Positions 25,916 to 39,844 of a DNA stretch of 64,000 nucleotides are shown here, piece after piece; the first letter of the stretch is position 1; each line of letters starts with the position of its first letter. Under the pieces are notes generated by a model. It was given only the letters and a program-made list of their open reading frames with translations. It had not been told where the DNA came from and made no database searches. This DNA comes from Heterodontus francisci. Lineage: Eukaryota. A program made the position numbers and the translations under genes. The stretch is taken from contig NC_090415.1 of assembly GCF_036365525.1 (NCBI RefSeq), positions 13,268,001 through 13,332,000 of the forward strand, in the 5' to 3' direction.

Positions 25916-26279
25916 TAAGGATAAGGATAATGATCTGACTGTGGACCACATTCTGTACCTTTCAGTCTCTGATCCTGTGTGTGAATTTAGGCTTCATTAT
26001 GAATTTGACAGTCTCTGGTACTGAATGTGTGTTTGGAATTCATTCCCTTTGTGTTTGTCTCTAGGGGAGTATGTACATGCGTGAGAAATTCTGTATCTGC
26101 CAGTATCTGTACTGTGCACACATGTTGGACTCATTCAATATATGTAAGTTACTGATACTGTGTCTGTATTTGTGATTCATTCTCGATCTCTGAAGCTCTT
26201 GTTCTCTGTTTGAGTGGAGGATTCATTCTGCACCTCGGTGTCTATGTGCTGTATGTGAGTGTGGGATCTTGCTGTATTC

Positions 26280-28078
26280 ATAGAAACATAGAAAATAGGA
26301 GCAGGAGAAGGCCCCCAAAGCGCTTGCTTCACCATTTAAATAGGGATCATGGCTATTTGTCCAATTCAGTGCCCTGTTCCCACATTCTCCCCATATCAGT
26401 TGATCCCTTTGACATTAAGAAATATATCTATTTCCTTCTTGAATATATCTAATGACTTGGCCTCCACTGCCTTCTGCGGTAGACAATTCCATAGGTTCAC
26501 CACCCTCTAAGTGAAGAAATTTCTCCTCATCTCAGTTCTAAATTGCATACCCCGTATCCTGAGACTGTGACCCCTGGTTCTGGACTCCCCAGCCATCGAG
26601 AACATCCTCCCTGCATTCAGCATGATTAGTCCTGTTAGAATTTTATTGGTTTCTATGAGATCCCCTCTCATTCTTCGAAACCAAAGTAAATGTAGGCCTA
26701 CTTGACATCAATCCTGCCATCCCAGGAAACAAGGTGAGAACAAAATTCCTCAGATAAAGAGACCAAAACTGCACACAATACGGTGGCACAGTGGTTAACA
26801 CCACAGCCTCACAGCTCCAGCGACATGGGTTTGGTTCTGGGTACTGCCTGTGCGGAGTTTGCAAGTTCTTCCGGTGACCATGTGGGTTTCCGCCGGGTGC
26901 TCTGATTTTCTCCCACAGCCAAAGACTTGCAGGTTGATAGGTAAATTGGCCATTGTAAATTGCCCCGAGTATAGGTTGGTGGTAGGGAAGGTGGGTAGAG
27001 GTAGGGAATATGGGATTAATGTAGGATTAGTATAAATAGGTGATTGTTGGTCGGATGGGGTTAATGTAGGATTAGTATAAAAATGGGTGGTTGTTGGTCA
27101 GCACAGACTCGGTTGCCCAAAGGGCCTGGTTCAGTGCTGTATCACTCTATGACTCTAAATACTCCAGATGAGTCTCACCAAGGCCTTGTATAACTGCAGT
27201 AAGACATCTGTGCTCCTGTACTCAAATCCTCTTGCAATGAAGGCCAACATACCATTTTCCTTCTTAATTGCTTGCTGCACCTGAATGCTTGCTTTCAGCG
27301 ACTGGTGTACAAGGACACCCAGGTCTCGTTGCACCTCCCCCTTTCCCTATCTATCACTATTCAGATAATAATCTGCTTTACTGTTTTAAATCCAAAGTGG
27401 ATAACTTCACTTTTATCCTATTTATATTTCATCTGCCACACAGTTGCCTACTCACCCAACTTGTCCAAATCACATTGGAGCCTTTTGCATCCTCCTCACA
27501 GCTCACAATCCCCCCCCGAAGCAAACCCACCCCCAGCTCTGTGTCATCTGCAAACCTGGAAATGTTACATTTACTTCCCTCACCCAAGTCTGTAAAATAT
27601 ATTGTGAATAGCTGGGGCTCAAGCACAGTTTCCTGCAGTACCCCACTGGACCCTGCCTGCCACCCAGAAATATACCCATTTATTCCTACTCTGTTTCCTG
27701 TCTGTCAACTAATTCCCAATCCCTGCCAGTATATTACCCCCAATCCCATGTGTTTTAATTTTGCACACGAACCTCTTATGTGAGACCTTGTCAAAAGCCT
27801 TCTGAAAATCCAAATGCACCACATCCACTAGTTCTCCATTATCGAGTCTGTTAGTTACATCCTCAAAAAACTCCAGTGGATTTGTTAAGCATGACTTCCC
27901 TTTCGTAAAACTATCACATCCTTTATAATAGACTCCAGCATTTTCCCCACCACTGTTGTAAGGTTCATTCGTCTGTAATTCCTTTTTTTCTCTCCCTCCT
28001 TGTTTTAAATAGTGGGGTTACATTTTCCACCCTCCAATCTGTACGAACTGCTACAGAGTCTACAGAATTTTGGAATAT
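26280..28078 (-). mobile_element. CR1 LINE RT/3' fragment
   Basis: ISRFADDT translation; tail catagaaacatagaaa at 26279-26295; absent from the paralogous site at ~37157. Confidence 0.88.
26782..27157 (+). mobile_element. V-SINE (HE1-like) nested in CR1
   Basis: tRNA-like head ggtggcacagtggttaacacc, V-domain, and AATAC direct repeat at 26777-26781 and 27158-27162. Confidence 0.9.
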
Positions 28079-29263
28079 CCGGTACTTCATATGTATCTCA
28101 GGCATTGTGGTGACAACTCTTTGTTTCACACGTTAATGTATCAATATATGTTTACTTGTGTTTAATTTAAAATATGGATTAACGATGTTTTATTGCTGTA
28201 GGTTTTATTCAATTCTTGTTTGTGAGTTGTAGCTTTTTATCCAATTTGTATCTCTGCAAAAGCAATTGTGAATGACAATCTTTCAATTTTAGAGTATGAC
28301 CTGACATGTAATGTCAAATTCCATCGGTTTGTAGTAAATGAACTAATCCTGTATGTTTTTGTCTGACCCTCAGTGACATGTTTACACTGGTGTGTAATTT
28401 GTAGCTCAGTTTATATTGTGGGGTACGTTATTGGGATTCATTCTGTAGCTTTCAATCAGGTACATTTTGTCTGTTCTGTTTAAGATTTGATATTTGAATT
28501 GTAGCCAAGGTGACACAGTGTATTTAAATCTGATAATGTGTGTGTTTTTGGACTGTGATTCATGTATCTACCAGTCAGTTGGAGAGAAATAGAAACAAAT
28601 ACTATCTCTATGCTCTGTTTGACTATTGGATTGAGAATGTGTCTCTTTGGGATCAGTCTGGTTCTGACTACTTCTTTTGTTTGTTACAGTGGAAATGATG
28701 ACCTGACCGTGTCACTGTACTTTGTGACTGATACTGTACCTAATATGTGTTGGAACGAGCTGGAGGTACTTTTCCATCTATTGATGAGTCATGACTTTCG
28801 TTCTGGTTCCTTTGAGTGTTTCCCTGGCAGAAAAAAAAGGTAACTCTTACACTTGAAGAACAGGTGAGTGAGAAGACACAAAAGTGATCAATGTAATATT
28901 TTCAATAATAATCATTCTGAGCAATCACAAAAGGAAAGTTCACACATAAGCAGTGTCAGTGTCTGAGTCCACTGCAGTACTGCAGCACTCTGCTTCTGTT
29001 TCCCAGGTATTTGGAGCAGTTTTACAGCAATTTTGTGACATTCAGAAACAACCCATGCCCCGCAGTGCTCAATGACTCGGATGACTCAATGGAGAAGTGA
29101 TATTTGCAAAAGCCAGAGTTCTATTTCCATGTCCAATTGTTCAATGGACAAGAAGTAATAACTGTTTAAAAAAGTGTCCTTAATCTCCTCACCTGATCCT
29201 GCAATTGACAGTCTTTGAAAATCTGCCGTGTCTACATTATTCAGCCATTTTTATTCCGCCATT

Positions 29264-29605
29264 CATCGAGAGATACAGTACCTAAACAGGCCCTTCAGCC
29301 CATCGAGTCCTTCCTGACCACCAACCACCCATTTATACCAATCTATATTAATCCCATTTCTACCTCTAAAGTCCCCACTATTCTCCTACAACATACCTAC
29401 ACCAGGGGCATTTTTTTTTATACAATGGCTAATTTACCTATCAACTTGCAAGTCTTTGGCATGTGGAAGGAAACCAGAGCACCCAGCGGAAACCCATGCA
29501 GTCACAGGGAAAACTTGCAAAATCCACACAAGCAGTACGAAGCCCCAGACCAATGTCACTGGAGCTGTGAGGCTGCGGTGCTAGCCACTGTGCCACTCTG
29601 CCACC
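29264..29605 (-). mobile_element. V-SINE (HE1-like), older copy
   Basis: Minus-strand gtggcacagtggctagcaccgcagcctcacagctccag head plus V-domain. Confidence 0.85.
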
Positions 29606-29845
29606 CAATTCACTATCCAACAACAAACAGTGAGATATTGAATCCAAACCAGGAACATTCATTACAGTTTGGAGAGAGAAATCAGCAATGATTTTGAAAA
29701 GGGAGTTCATCATATTCTGTCTCTCTCTCCCTGTCCAGACAGTGCCCAAGAAAGACCTCTCCCTTTCCCCTGGCTCACTCCATGTTCCTGGACCAGTTCC
29801 TGCTTCACAGTGCATATTACAAACAGTCCCCCATTCCCGCTGAAT

Positions 29846-32800
29846 TAGCAGAAGTAGACCATTCAGCCGCTCCAGCTTGCTCCACTATTCAATTTGTTCA
29901 TGGCTGATCAATTTCTGAGTTGAATTCCACACTCCCATCTATGCCTGATAATCTTTGATTCCCTTGCCTAACAAGAATCTATCTACCCCTGCCTTAAAAA
30001 TATTCAATTACCCCATCTCCACCACCTTCTGAGGCAGAGAATTCCAAAGTTGCACAACTCTCGGAGAGAAAAAAATCTAATCTCTGTCCTAAAATGGTGA
30101 CCCCAAATTCGAAAACAGCACCCCCGAGTTTTGAACTCATCCACAAGAGGAAACATCCTTTCCCCATCCACTTGTCAGGACCATTCAGGATGTTATACAC
30201 TTCAATCAAGTCTCCCCTCACTCTTCTAAACTCCAGTGAAGAAAAGCCCAGTCTGTCCAACCTTTCCTCATAAGACAACCCACTCATTCCAGGTATCAAT
30301 CTAATAAACCTCCTGTGAAACGCCTCCAACACATTTACTGCCTTCCTTAAATATGGAGACTAAAACTGCACGCAGTATTCAAGATGGGGTCACACCAATG
30401 CCCTGTATAACTGAAGCATAACATTCTTCCATTTATTTTCAATTCCTCTCATGATAAAGGATAGTATTCCATTTTCCTTCTTGATGACTTGCTGTACCTG
30501 CATACTAACTTTTCATGACTCATGCTCCAGAACACCTAGATCCCTCTGCACCTCGGAATTATGCAGTTGTTCTCCATTTAAGTAATACTTTGTTTTTTTA
30601 ATCTTCCTGACAAAGTGAACAACTTCACATTTTTTCACATTACACTTCATCTGCCAGATTTCTGACCACTCACTCAACCATCTATCAAGGTCTGCAACCT
30701 CCTTCTGTCCTCTTCACAACACACTTTCCTACCGATCTGTGTGTCATCTGCAAATTTAACTGCAATGCCATTGCTCCCCTCATCTAGGTCATGGATATAA
30801 ATTGTAAAAAGTTGTGGGCCCAGCACAGACCCCTGTGTTACTCCACTTATCACATTGTCCCGATCAGAATGTTTTCTGTCAGCCAGCCAATCTTCTATCC
30901 ATGCTAATTAAGTTACCCACTACACCATGAACTCCTGCTTTGCACAATAACCTTTCATGTGACACCTTGACAAAGGCCTTCTTGAAAACCACATACTGTA
31001 TGTCAATGGGCTCTCCTTTATCCCCAGTACATTTTCCTCCTTGAAAGAACTCTAATACTTTGGTTAACCATGATTTCCCTTTCACATCGCCATGCTGAAT
31101 ATTTCCAATGACCTTGTGTTTTTCTAAATGCCCAGCTATAGCCTCCTTAATGATCAATTCTAATGTCTTCCCGACTCCGGGGTCAAGCTAACTATCCTAT
31201 AGTTACCCAATTTCTGCCACCACACCTTCTTGAATAGAAGGGTTATATTTGCTACTTTCCAGTCTGATGGAACCTTTCTAGAATCTCGCATATCTTGAAA
31301 AAATAACGAGTCAACTATTTCAGCAGCCATAACTTTAAGGACCCGAGGATGAAGCCCATCAGGACCCAGAGACTTGTCAGCCAGCAGCTCCATCAGTTTA
31401 CTCAGTACCACTTCCCTGGTGATTGTAACTTCACCAAGTTCCTCTCTTCCTTCCACCTCCTGATTTACTGCTATTACTGAAATATTTTGTGTATCCTCTA
31501 GTGAAGACAGAAGCCAAATAATTGTTCATTTCAACCACCATTTCTTTATTATCTACTATTAACTCCCCATTCTCATTCTCTAAAGGACCAACACTCACTT
31601 TACTTCCACTTTTCCTTTTTAAAGATACCTCTTGCTATCCGTTTTTATATTTCCAGCTAGTTTGCTGTCATAATCTAATTTATCTTCCCCTGATTAACCT
31701 TTCAGTCATTCTCTGCCATTCATTATATTCTGACCTGCCACTCGTCTTTGCACAATTATATGCTTTTTCCTTCAGGTTGAGCTTATCCTTAACTTCTTTA
31801 GTGAACAATGGATGGTGGGTCCTCCCCTTGGAATTTTACTTTACTGTAGGAATATACTTCCTTTGAGTTTTCAGAAATATCACCTTAAATGTCTGCTACT
31901 GCTTCTCTATTGATTTATCTCCTAGCCTAGTAACCCAGTTCAATTCAGCTAGCTCAGCTTTCATGCCCACATAGTTGTCCTTATTTAAGTTTAAAATACT
32001 AGTCTTAGACCCACTCCTCTCAATTTCAAACTGGATGCAAAATTCAGTCATATTGTGGTTGCTGCTACCAAGAGGTGCCTTTACACTGAGGTCATTAATT
32101 AATCCTGTCAAATTACACAATACCAAATCTAATATAACCTGGTTCCAGAATGTACTGCTCGAAGAAACTATCTCAAAAGCATTCTATGAACTCCTCGTCC
32201 AGGCTGCTATTACCAATCTCATTTTTCCAGTTTATATGTTGAATAAAATCCCCATTATTATTTCCATCCCTTTATCACAAGCACCCAAAATTTGTTCTTG
32301 TATACTTCACCCTACATTGTCATTATTGCTCGGTGGCCAGTACACAACTCCTACTAGTGACTTCTTTCCCCGACTATTCCTCATCGTCAACCAAACCGAT
32401 TCTACATCCTGATCTCCTGAACCAAGGTCATCTCTAACTATTGCACCAATGCCATCCTTGATTAACAGTGCAACCCCTTCACCTTTATCTAGCTTCCTAT
32501 TCTTCTTGAATGCTGTATATCCCTCAATATTCAGGACCCAACCATTGTTATCTTGCAACCATGTCTCTGTAATGGCTATTATATCATATTGATTTACTTC
32601 AATGTGCACTATCTGTTCCTCTACCTTGTTATGAATGCTATGTGCATTCACATACAGAGCCTTATATTTTTGTTATCTTTGTAACACCTCGTGTTGACTG
32701 TTGCTGTGTTCTTAGGTTTTTTTCTCTCTGTCCCTTCCGCCATTCACTGGTCTTCATTTCCCATATTACTATTCTGCTCTCTTACCTTGACTCTGCCCCT

Positions 32801-32910
32801 TGATTTGTTGCACCTACCCAAGCTTGATCCCTCTACCCCTTTGTTTCATTCAAAGCCCTCTCTACTTCCCTAGTTATGCAGTTTGCCAGAACACTGGTCC
32901 CAGCACGTTT
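29846..32910 (-). mobile_element. CR1 LINE (EN-RT-3' UTR), decayed; paralog of 45410-48330
   Basis: YDIIAITETWL, DKSLGPDGLHPRVLK, QHGDVKGKS translations. Confidence 0.9.
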
Positions 32911-32914
32911 CCCT

Positions 32915-34812
32915 CTCAATTCCCTAGTCTACAATTTATCTCTGTCAGTTTCTGATTTTGAGTGTGAGTATATCTGTACCTGTTTTATGTGAGAACCGTC
33001 TTATTCTGTATCTTTCAGATTTTGATGTGTCTGTATGTCTGGCTTGCACTTGGTCCCCATCAGTTTAGGGTATGTGAGTGTGGATTTGACTGTTAATATT
33101 ACATTCTTGGGAAAATATGCGTGGGGGTTTACACTTCATCTTTGAGTGTCTAGTAGGCCAATTTAAGGTTTAATCTGTGCCCTTAAATTTCTAATGTGTA
33201 GCTGTGGTTTTTATCCTGTCGCAGTCACTATCTGTTATAAGAGTAAGGGGTACATTCTGGTTTTTGATTGTGGATTTTTCACCACATCTCTACATTGACT
33301 CGGATGTGAATGTGATTTTTAATCTCTACATGCCAGTTTCTGACATATGGCTCTGAGGTTTAATTTGTACATGTCATTCTCAGGTATGTGACTGCCAATT
33401 TTATTCTGAACCTCTCAGTTTCCTTTACCTGTGTGCGAGTTTTAGTCGGTATCTGGTATAAGAGTCTTCTTCCTTATGCGTATGTTTTGTTTTGTATTTG
33501 TCAGTGTCTGAAGTGCCAATTGTCAGGTTTTCTTGGTACCTGTCACTCTCTGTTATGCATAACAGACTTTCCCTCTCTAACTGTAAATTTCTTGCAATTC
33601 ACTATGGATTTCACTCTGTGTCTGTCAGTCTCTGGTAGTTAAGTGTGGTTTTTATACTTCATCTCCTAATTTCTGATATGTGAATGGAGATTTTAATCTG
33701 TACCTTTTGGCTTCTAGTGTGCGAGTCTGTGTTTCAATCTGTATCTACCAGTTTCTCATATGTGAGGGTGGCATTTATTCTGTACCAGTTACTTTCTGAA
33801 ATGTGTGAAGGTTTCAATCTTTCCCTGTCAGTTTCTGGTATGTAAATGTGGGTTTATTCTGGATCTTTCAATCTTTGGAATTTGAGTACATTCTTTATCC
33901 TATACCTTTTTGCTTCTGTTAAGTGAATGAAGGATTAGATCTGTACCTGTGCATTGGCCATGTGAGCCGCATGGAAGATGGCAGGATCCCCAAAGACACA
34001 TTGTACAGTGAGCTCGCCACTGGTATCAGACCCACCGGCCGTCCATGTCTCCATTATAAAGACGTCTGCAAACGCGACATGAAATCGTGTGACATTGATC
34101 ACAAGTCGTGGGAGTCAGTTGCCAGCATTCGCCAGAGCTGGCGGGCAGCCATAAAGACAGGGCTAAATTGTGGCGAGTCGAAGAGACTTAGTAGTTGGCA
34201 GGAAAAAAGACAGAGGCGCAAGGGGAGAGCCAACTGTGCAACAGCCCCAACAAACAAATTTCTCTGCAGCACCTGTGGAAGAGCCTGTCACTCCAGAATT
34301 GGCCTTTATAGCCACTCCAGGCGCTGCTTCACAAACCACTGACCACCTCCAGGCGCGTATCCATTGTCTCTCGAGATAAGGAGGCCCAAAAGAATGTGCA
34401 TTGATAGTAAATGATTATCTGTTTTAGTCTGTACCTGGCAGTTTATGGCAAAGTAAGGTGGTTTATTTCTCTACCTGCCAGATTCTGATATGTGACTGTC
34501 GTTTTATTCTGTACCTGTTATTTTCTGTGATATGAATCTGGTTTTTGATCTGTACCTGTCAGTTGCTGTTACTAGACTGAGTTTCACTTTGTACCAGTTG
34601 GTTTCTGGTATGTGAGTGTCAGTTTTAAGTTGTACCTGTAAAGTTAAGGTATGACAGTGTGGGTTTGTTCTGTATCTTTCAAACTCTGGTGTGTGATATG
34701 GTTTTTTTTTTCTCTGAATCTTGCAATTTCTGGTCTGTAAGTTTGTGTTCTTATCTGCATCTTACAGTTACTTATCGGTGTCTGTGTGCACATTTCCTTT
34801 TTCTGCAGCTAT
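32915..34812. repeat. ~40-bp array block, older paralog of 511-1972
   Basis: Same CR1/array junction (tctcaat.ccctagtctacaattta.ctctgtcag) and colinear unit-by-unit similarity. Confidence 0.85.
33957..34394 (+). mobile_element. RTE-clade LINE, 5'-truncated 3' end with a 9-bp TSD
   Basis: Open frame GHVSRMEDGRIPKDTLYSEL..GRP..YKD..KRDMK...CSTCGRACHSRIGLYSHSRRC. TGTGCATTG flanks at 33948-33956 and 34395-34403; the empty site is at ~1560-1569. Confidence 0.92.
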
Positions 34813-34839
34813 TAACGTCTGCTACGTGAGTATGTGTAA

Positions 34840-36822
34840 TGTGTGAAGACCAAGGCAAAATATTGGTATAAATTATTTGCCATTTCCCTGTTCCCCATTA
34901 TCAGTTCTCCAGTTGCATCCTCTGAGGTCCCCTCACTCACTTTAGCTACTCTCGTTCTTTTTATATACCCGGAGAAGCTCTCACTGTTTGTTGATATATT
35001 TCTTGCCAATTTACTGTCAGAATCAATGTTCCCCCTCTTTATTAACTTTTTAGTCGTCCGTTGCTGATTCCTAAAATATTCCCAATCCCCTGGCCAGCCA
35101 CTAGTTTTTGCCTCTTTGTATGCCTTAGTTTTTAATTGGATATTCTCCTTGGCAGCATTTATTAACCACAGATGGTTCATCCTTCTCTTTTTGACTGGGA
35201 TAAATTTTTGCTCAGCATTATGAAATAACTGTTTAAATGTCTCCCACTGCTCATCCACTGACCTTCCCCTTAGTCCATTTTCCCAGCCTGCTTTAGACAA
35301 CTCTTTCTTCATACCACAGCAATTGCCATTGTTTAATTTGAGGACACTGGTTTGAGACCCGAGTTGCTCGCCCTCAAACTGAATTTGAAATTCTACCATG
35401 TTGTGATCACTACCCCATAGAGGATCCTTAACTACAATATCTCTTGTTAATCCTATCACATTACACATTACTAGATCCAAAATAACCTGTTCCTGGGTAT
35501 GTTCTGCAATGTATTGATCGAAGTAACAGTCCCTGATGCACTCGACAAATTCACCTTCCATGTTACCTCTGCCAATCTGATTTGTCCAGTCAATATGCAG
35601 ATTAAAATCACTCGTGACTGTTGTAGCACCCTTCTTACACAGCTCCATTATTTCCCGATTTATACTTTGTCCTGCAGTGAGACAGCTCTTCAGGGGCCTA
35701 TGGATGACTCCCACCCGTGACTTCTTCCCTTTGCTATTCTTTATTTCCACCCAAATCGATTCCACATCATGATCTATTGCACCTATTTCACTACTCAACA
35801 CCACACTGATACCTTCCTTTATTAACAAAGCTACCCCACCTCCTTTTCCTTTTTGCCTATTTTTCCAGAGCATTGTATACCCTTGAATATTGAGTTTCCA
35901 GTCTTGGTCACCCTGCAACTACGTCTCTGTAATAGCTATCAAGTCACATTCATTTATTTCTATTTGTGCCCCCAACTGATCTATCTTGTTACAAATGCTG
36001 TGTGCATTCAGATAAAGAGGCTTTGACTTTTTATCATTATTATTCATTCTGGTTCTAATTTCTGTTGAACTCTGCTGCTTATATTAGCTGCACCTTCCTG
36101 TCATACTTTGATTAACGTTTGCCTCTTCACTACTCTGTACCTCTGTTCTCTCATTCCTTTTTGATTTTTTAAACTTCCCTTCAATTGAACGCCACCCCCC
36201 ACCCCACACTAATAAATTTAACGCCCTATCTACAACCCTAGTTATATGATTCGCCAGGACATTGGTCGCAGCATGGTCCAAATGAAGCCTGTCCCAGTGG
36301 AACAGCTCTCTCCTTCCCCAGTACTGGTGCCAGTGCCCCAGGAATTGGAACCCGTTTCTCCCACACCAATCTTTGAGCCATACGTTTACCTCTATAATCT
36401 GATTTACCCGACACCAATTTGCACGTTGCTGTGGTAACATTCTGGAGAGTATTACCTTTCTGGTTATGCTTTTTAATTTAGCCCCGAGCTGCTCATCAGC
36501 CCTCAGCAGAACCGGATTCCTTGTCCTACCGATGTGGACCAAGACAGCTGGATCCTTCCCCTCCCACTCCAAGTTACTCTCCAGTCAAGAAGAGATGTCG
36601 TTAATCTTGGCACCAAGTCGGCAACACAGCCTTTGGGACTCCCTGTTATTGATGCCAGAGAATGGAATCTATTCCCCTAAATCTGCAATCCCCTATTACT
36701 AATATCCCCACTTGAATAGCACTCTGAACCACGGTGCTGTGGACAGTTTGCTCATCCTCCCCTGCAGCCTGTGCCCTCGTCCACACAGGGAGCAAGAAGC
36801 TCATACCTATTGGATAAGGGTT
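34840..36822 (-). mobile_element. CR1 LINE 5' portion (ORF1 esterase and ORF2 endonuclease); paralog of 23943-25915
   Basis: LVIGDC (GDS motif), DRLHLDH, and a 368-aa open EN segment with SDFN and GSDHN. Confidence 0.9.
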
Positions 36823-37526
36823 AATTATATGTATATGAATGTGGGCCACATTCTGGACTTTCAGTCTCTGATCCTGTGTGTGAATGGAGGGTTTATTCTG
36901 AATTTGAGTGTCTCTGGTACTGAATGTGTGTTTGGAATGCATTCCTTATGTGTCTGTCTATGGGGGAGTGTGTAAGTGTGGGAGACATTCTGTATCTGCC
37001 AGTATCTCTACTGTGCACACAGGATAGACACATTCAATATATGTAAGTTACTGATATTGTGTCTGTATATGTAATTCATTCCTGATCTGTGAGGCTCTGG
37101 CACCCTGTTTGAGTGTAGGATTCACTCTGCATCTAAGTGTCTTTGTGCTGTATGTGAGTTGAGATCCTGCTGTATTCAGGACTTAATATATATTTCAGGC
37201 ATTGTTTTGTCAATGCTTTGTTTCACACGCTAATGTATCAATATGTGTTTACTTGTGTTTAATTTAAAATATGGATTTGCGATATTTTATTGCTGTAAGT
37301 TTTATGCGATTCTTGTTTGTGAGTTGTAGCTTTTTATCCAATTTGTAGCTCTGCAAAAGCAATTGTGAATGACAATCTTTCAATTTTAGAGCATGACCTT
37401 ATATGTAATGTCAAATTACATCTGTTTGTAGAAAATGAATTAATCCTGTGTGTTTTTGTCTGACCCTTAGTGACATGTTTGGACTGGTGTGTAACTTGTA
37501 GCTCAGTTTATATTGTGGGGTATGTT

Positions 37527-37882
37527 TTTTTAGATTAGATTAGAAATACAGCACTGAAACAGGCCCTTCGGCCCACCGAGTCTGTGCCGAACATCAACCA
37601 CCCATTTATACTAGTCTTACACTAATCCCATATTCCTACCAGACATCCCCACCTGTCCCTATATATTTCCCTACCACCTACCTATACTAGTGACAATTTA
37701 TAATGGCCAATTTACCTACCAACCTGCAAGTCTTTTGGCTTGTGGGAGGAAACCGGAGCACCCGGAGGAAACCCACGCAGACACAGGGAGAACTTGCAAA
37801 CTCCACACAGGCAGTACCCGGAATCGAACCCGGGTCCCTGGAGCTGTGAGGCTGCGGTGCTAACCACTGCGCCACTGTGCCG
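37527..37882 (-). mobile_element. Full-length young V-SINE (HE1-like)
   Basis: A-box-like tggcgcagtggttagc and B-box gggttcgattccgg, V-domain, (TCTAA)n+A tail; absent from the paralogous site at ~28427. Confidence 0.93.
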
Positions 37883-39049
37883 CAGTTATTGGGATTCATT
37901 CTGTAGCTTTCAATTAGGTACATTTGTTCAGTTCTACTTAAGATTTGGTAACTGAATTGTAACCAAGGCAACACAATGTATTTAAATCTGATACTGTGTG
38001 TTTATGAACTGTAATTGATATATCTACCAGTCAGTTGGAGTGAAATAGAAACGACTACTATCTCTAATGCTCTGTTTGACTATTGAATTGATAATGTGTC
38101 TCTTGGGATCTGTGTGGGTCTGACTACTTCTTTTGTTTGTTACAGTGGAAATGATGTCCTGACCATGTCACTGTGCTTTGTGAGTGATACTGTACCTACT
38201 GTGTATTGGAACGAGCTGGATGCACGTTTCCTTCTGTCGAGGAGTCATGCCTTTCCTTCTGGTTCCTTCAAGTGTTTGTCTGCAGGAAAAGAAAGGCAAC
38301 TCTTATACTTGAATAACAGCTGAGTGAAAAATCAGAAAACTGATCAATGTAATCTTTTCAACAATAATCATTCTGAACAATCACAAAAGGAAAGTGAGCA
38401 ACACAAGTAGTGTCAGTGTCTGAGTCCACTGCAGTACTGCAGAACTCTGCTTCTACTTTCCAGGTATTTGGAGCGGTTTTATAACAATTTTGTGACATTC
38501 AGAAACAACCCAAGCCCCGCACTGCTCCATGAATTGGAATACCCGACCGAGTAGTGACATTTGCGTAAGCCAGATTTCTATTTCCATGTTCCATTGTTCA
38601 ACGGACAACAAGTAAGCACTGTTTAAAAAAAGTGACCTTAATCTACTCACCTGGTCCCTGCAGTAGACGGTCTTTGGAAATCTACCGCGTCTTTATTAAT
38701 CAGCATTTTTTTTCTGCCATTCACAACCCAATAAAAACTAACAGTGAGATACTGGATCTAAACCAGGAACATTCATTACTGTTTGGAGAGAGAAATCAGC
38801 AATGATTTTCAATAGTGAGTTCATCATATTCTGTCTCTCTCTCCCTGTCCAGACACTGCCTGAGAAAGACCTCTCCCTTCCCCCCCCAGCTCACTCCATG
38901 TTCCAGGACCAGTTCCTGCTCCACAATGTACATTACAAACTGTCCCCCACTCCCGCTGAATGGACCCGGTAATCAATGCTAATCTATGAGCACATCGGCA
39001 GACACGGACCCAAATCTGTTGTACTGCTGTGAGCAGATACTGTTTGTTC

Positions 39050-39200
39050 ACTTACCCCAGGCTTGTAATGTCTCCATTTGCAGCTGATTTAAACAATCAC
39101 AGTGAATGACGCTCAGAGGCAGAGCTGGGGGATGGGGTGCGCATGCGCTCTTCTCCGCGTTATGACGTCATATTCGACTGTCCTTTCTCGCGCGTGAGCA
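39050..39200 (-). promoter_or_regulatory. Putative promoter and first exon (NRF1, CRE, E2F-like), paralog of 3760-3910
   Basis: TGCGCATGCGC at 39138-39148, TGACGTCA at 39163-39170, TTTCTCGCGCG at 39184-39194; minus-strand GG|GTAAGT donor at 39055. Confidence 0.6.
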
Positions 39201-39844
39201 GATCTCTGCAATAATTCAGCAAATAAACATCAATGGGAACATCCCCCAATGTCTACATTGAAAAGTCAAACATGGGGTTAGGGTGGAGGGAGGGAGGGGA
39301 AGTGTGGGGGAACATGGAACATAGAAAACTGGCAGCTGGTCCCGGTTGTTAAATGTCCTCATGTACACAGTCTTTGCTGTGATTTTCAGGGGTTAGTTGC
39401 CGATGCCTAGGTCTGTATCCCTGAAACACTCTGATCCAGGAGATTCTCGCAGTCCCTGTTGAAAGATTGATGGACAGGAATATTTCCAATCTTTGGCCGA
39501 GTCGATCATAACCTGCTGTTCAATCATGTTATTATTCAAATAATTAATGAGACATTCTGTTCACTACCCAGGCCTTGAACTCGGTTTGAGCTGACCAAAA
39601 ACTGAAAGGTTCAGCACTTTTCCAGATAGAGCAGGTAAAGCTGGATAGAGGGACTCAGGGTGAATCCTACACACACAGGATAGAAGCAGTGACAGGTACT
39701 CAGGGAGGGGAACTGGTGTCGTTTCTGTTGCCTGGTATGTGAGTGTGTGTTTTTTCTGTCCTGTCACTTTCTGCTGAACTGTATGGTGGATTTGCTTTGG
39801 ATCTGTGAATTTCTGCTATGTGAATGTTGGCTTTCCTTTACATT

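Noticed and set aside
33923-34342. 139-aa ORF as a host zinc-finger gene
   Set aside because: It is the 3' end of an RTE LINE bounded by a TSD; the ORF start lies in flanking array DNA.
37815-37882. tRNA-like sequence with intact A/B boxes
   Set aside because: It is the head of a V-SINE, not a tRNA gene.
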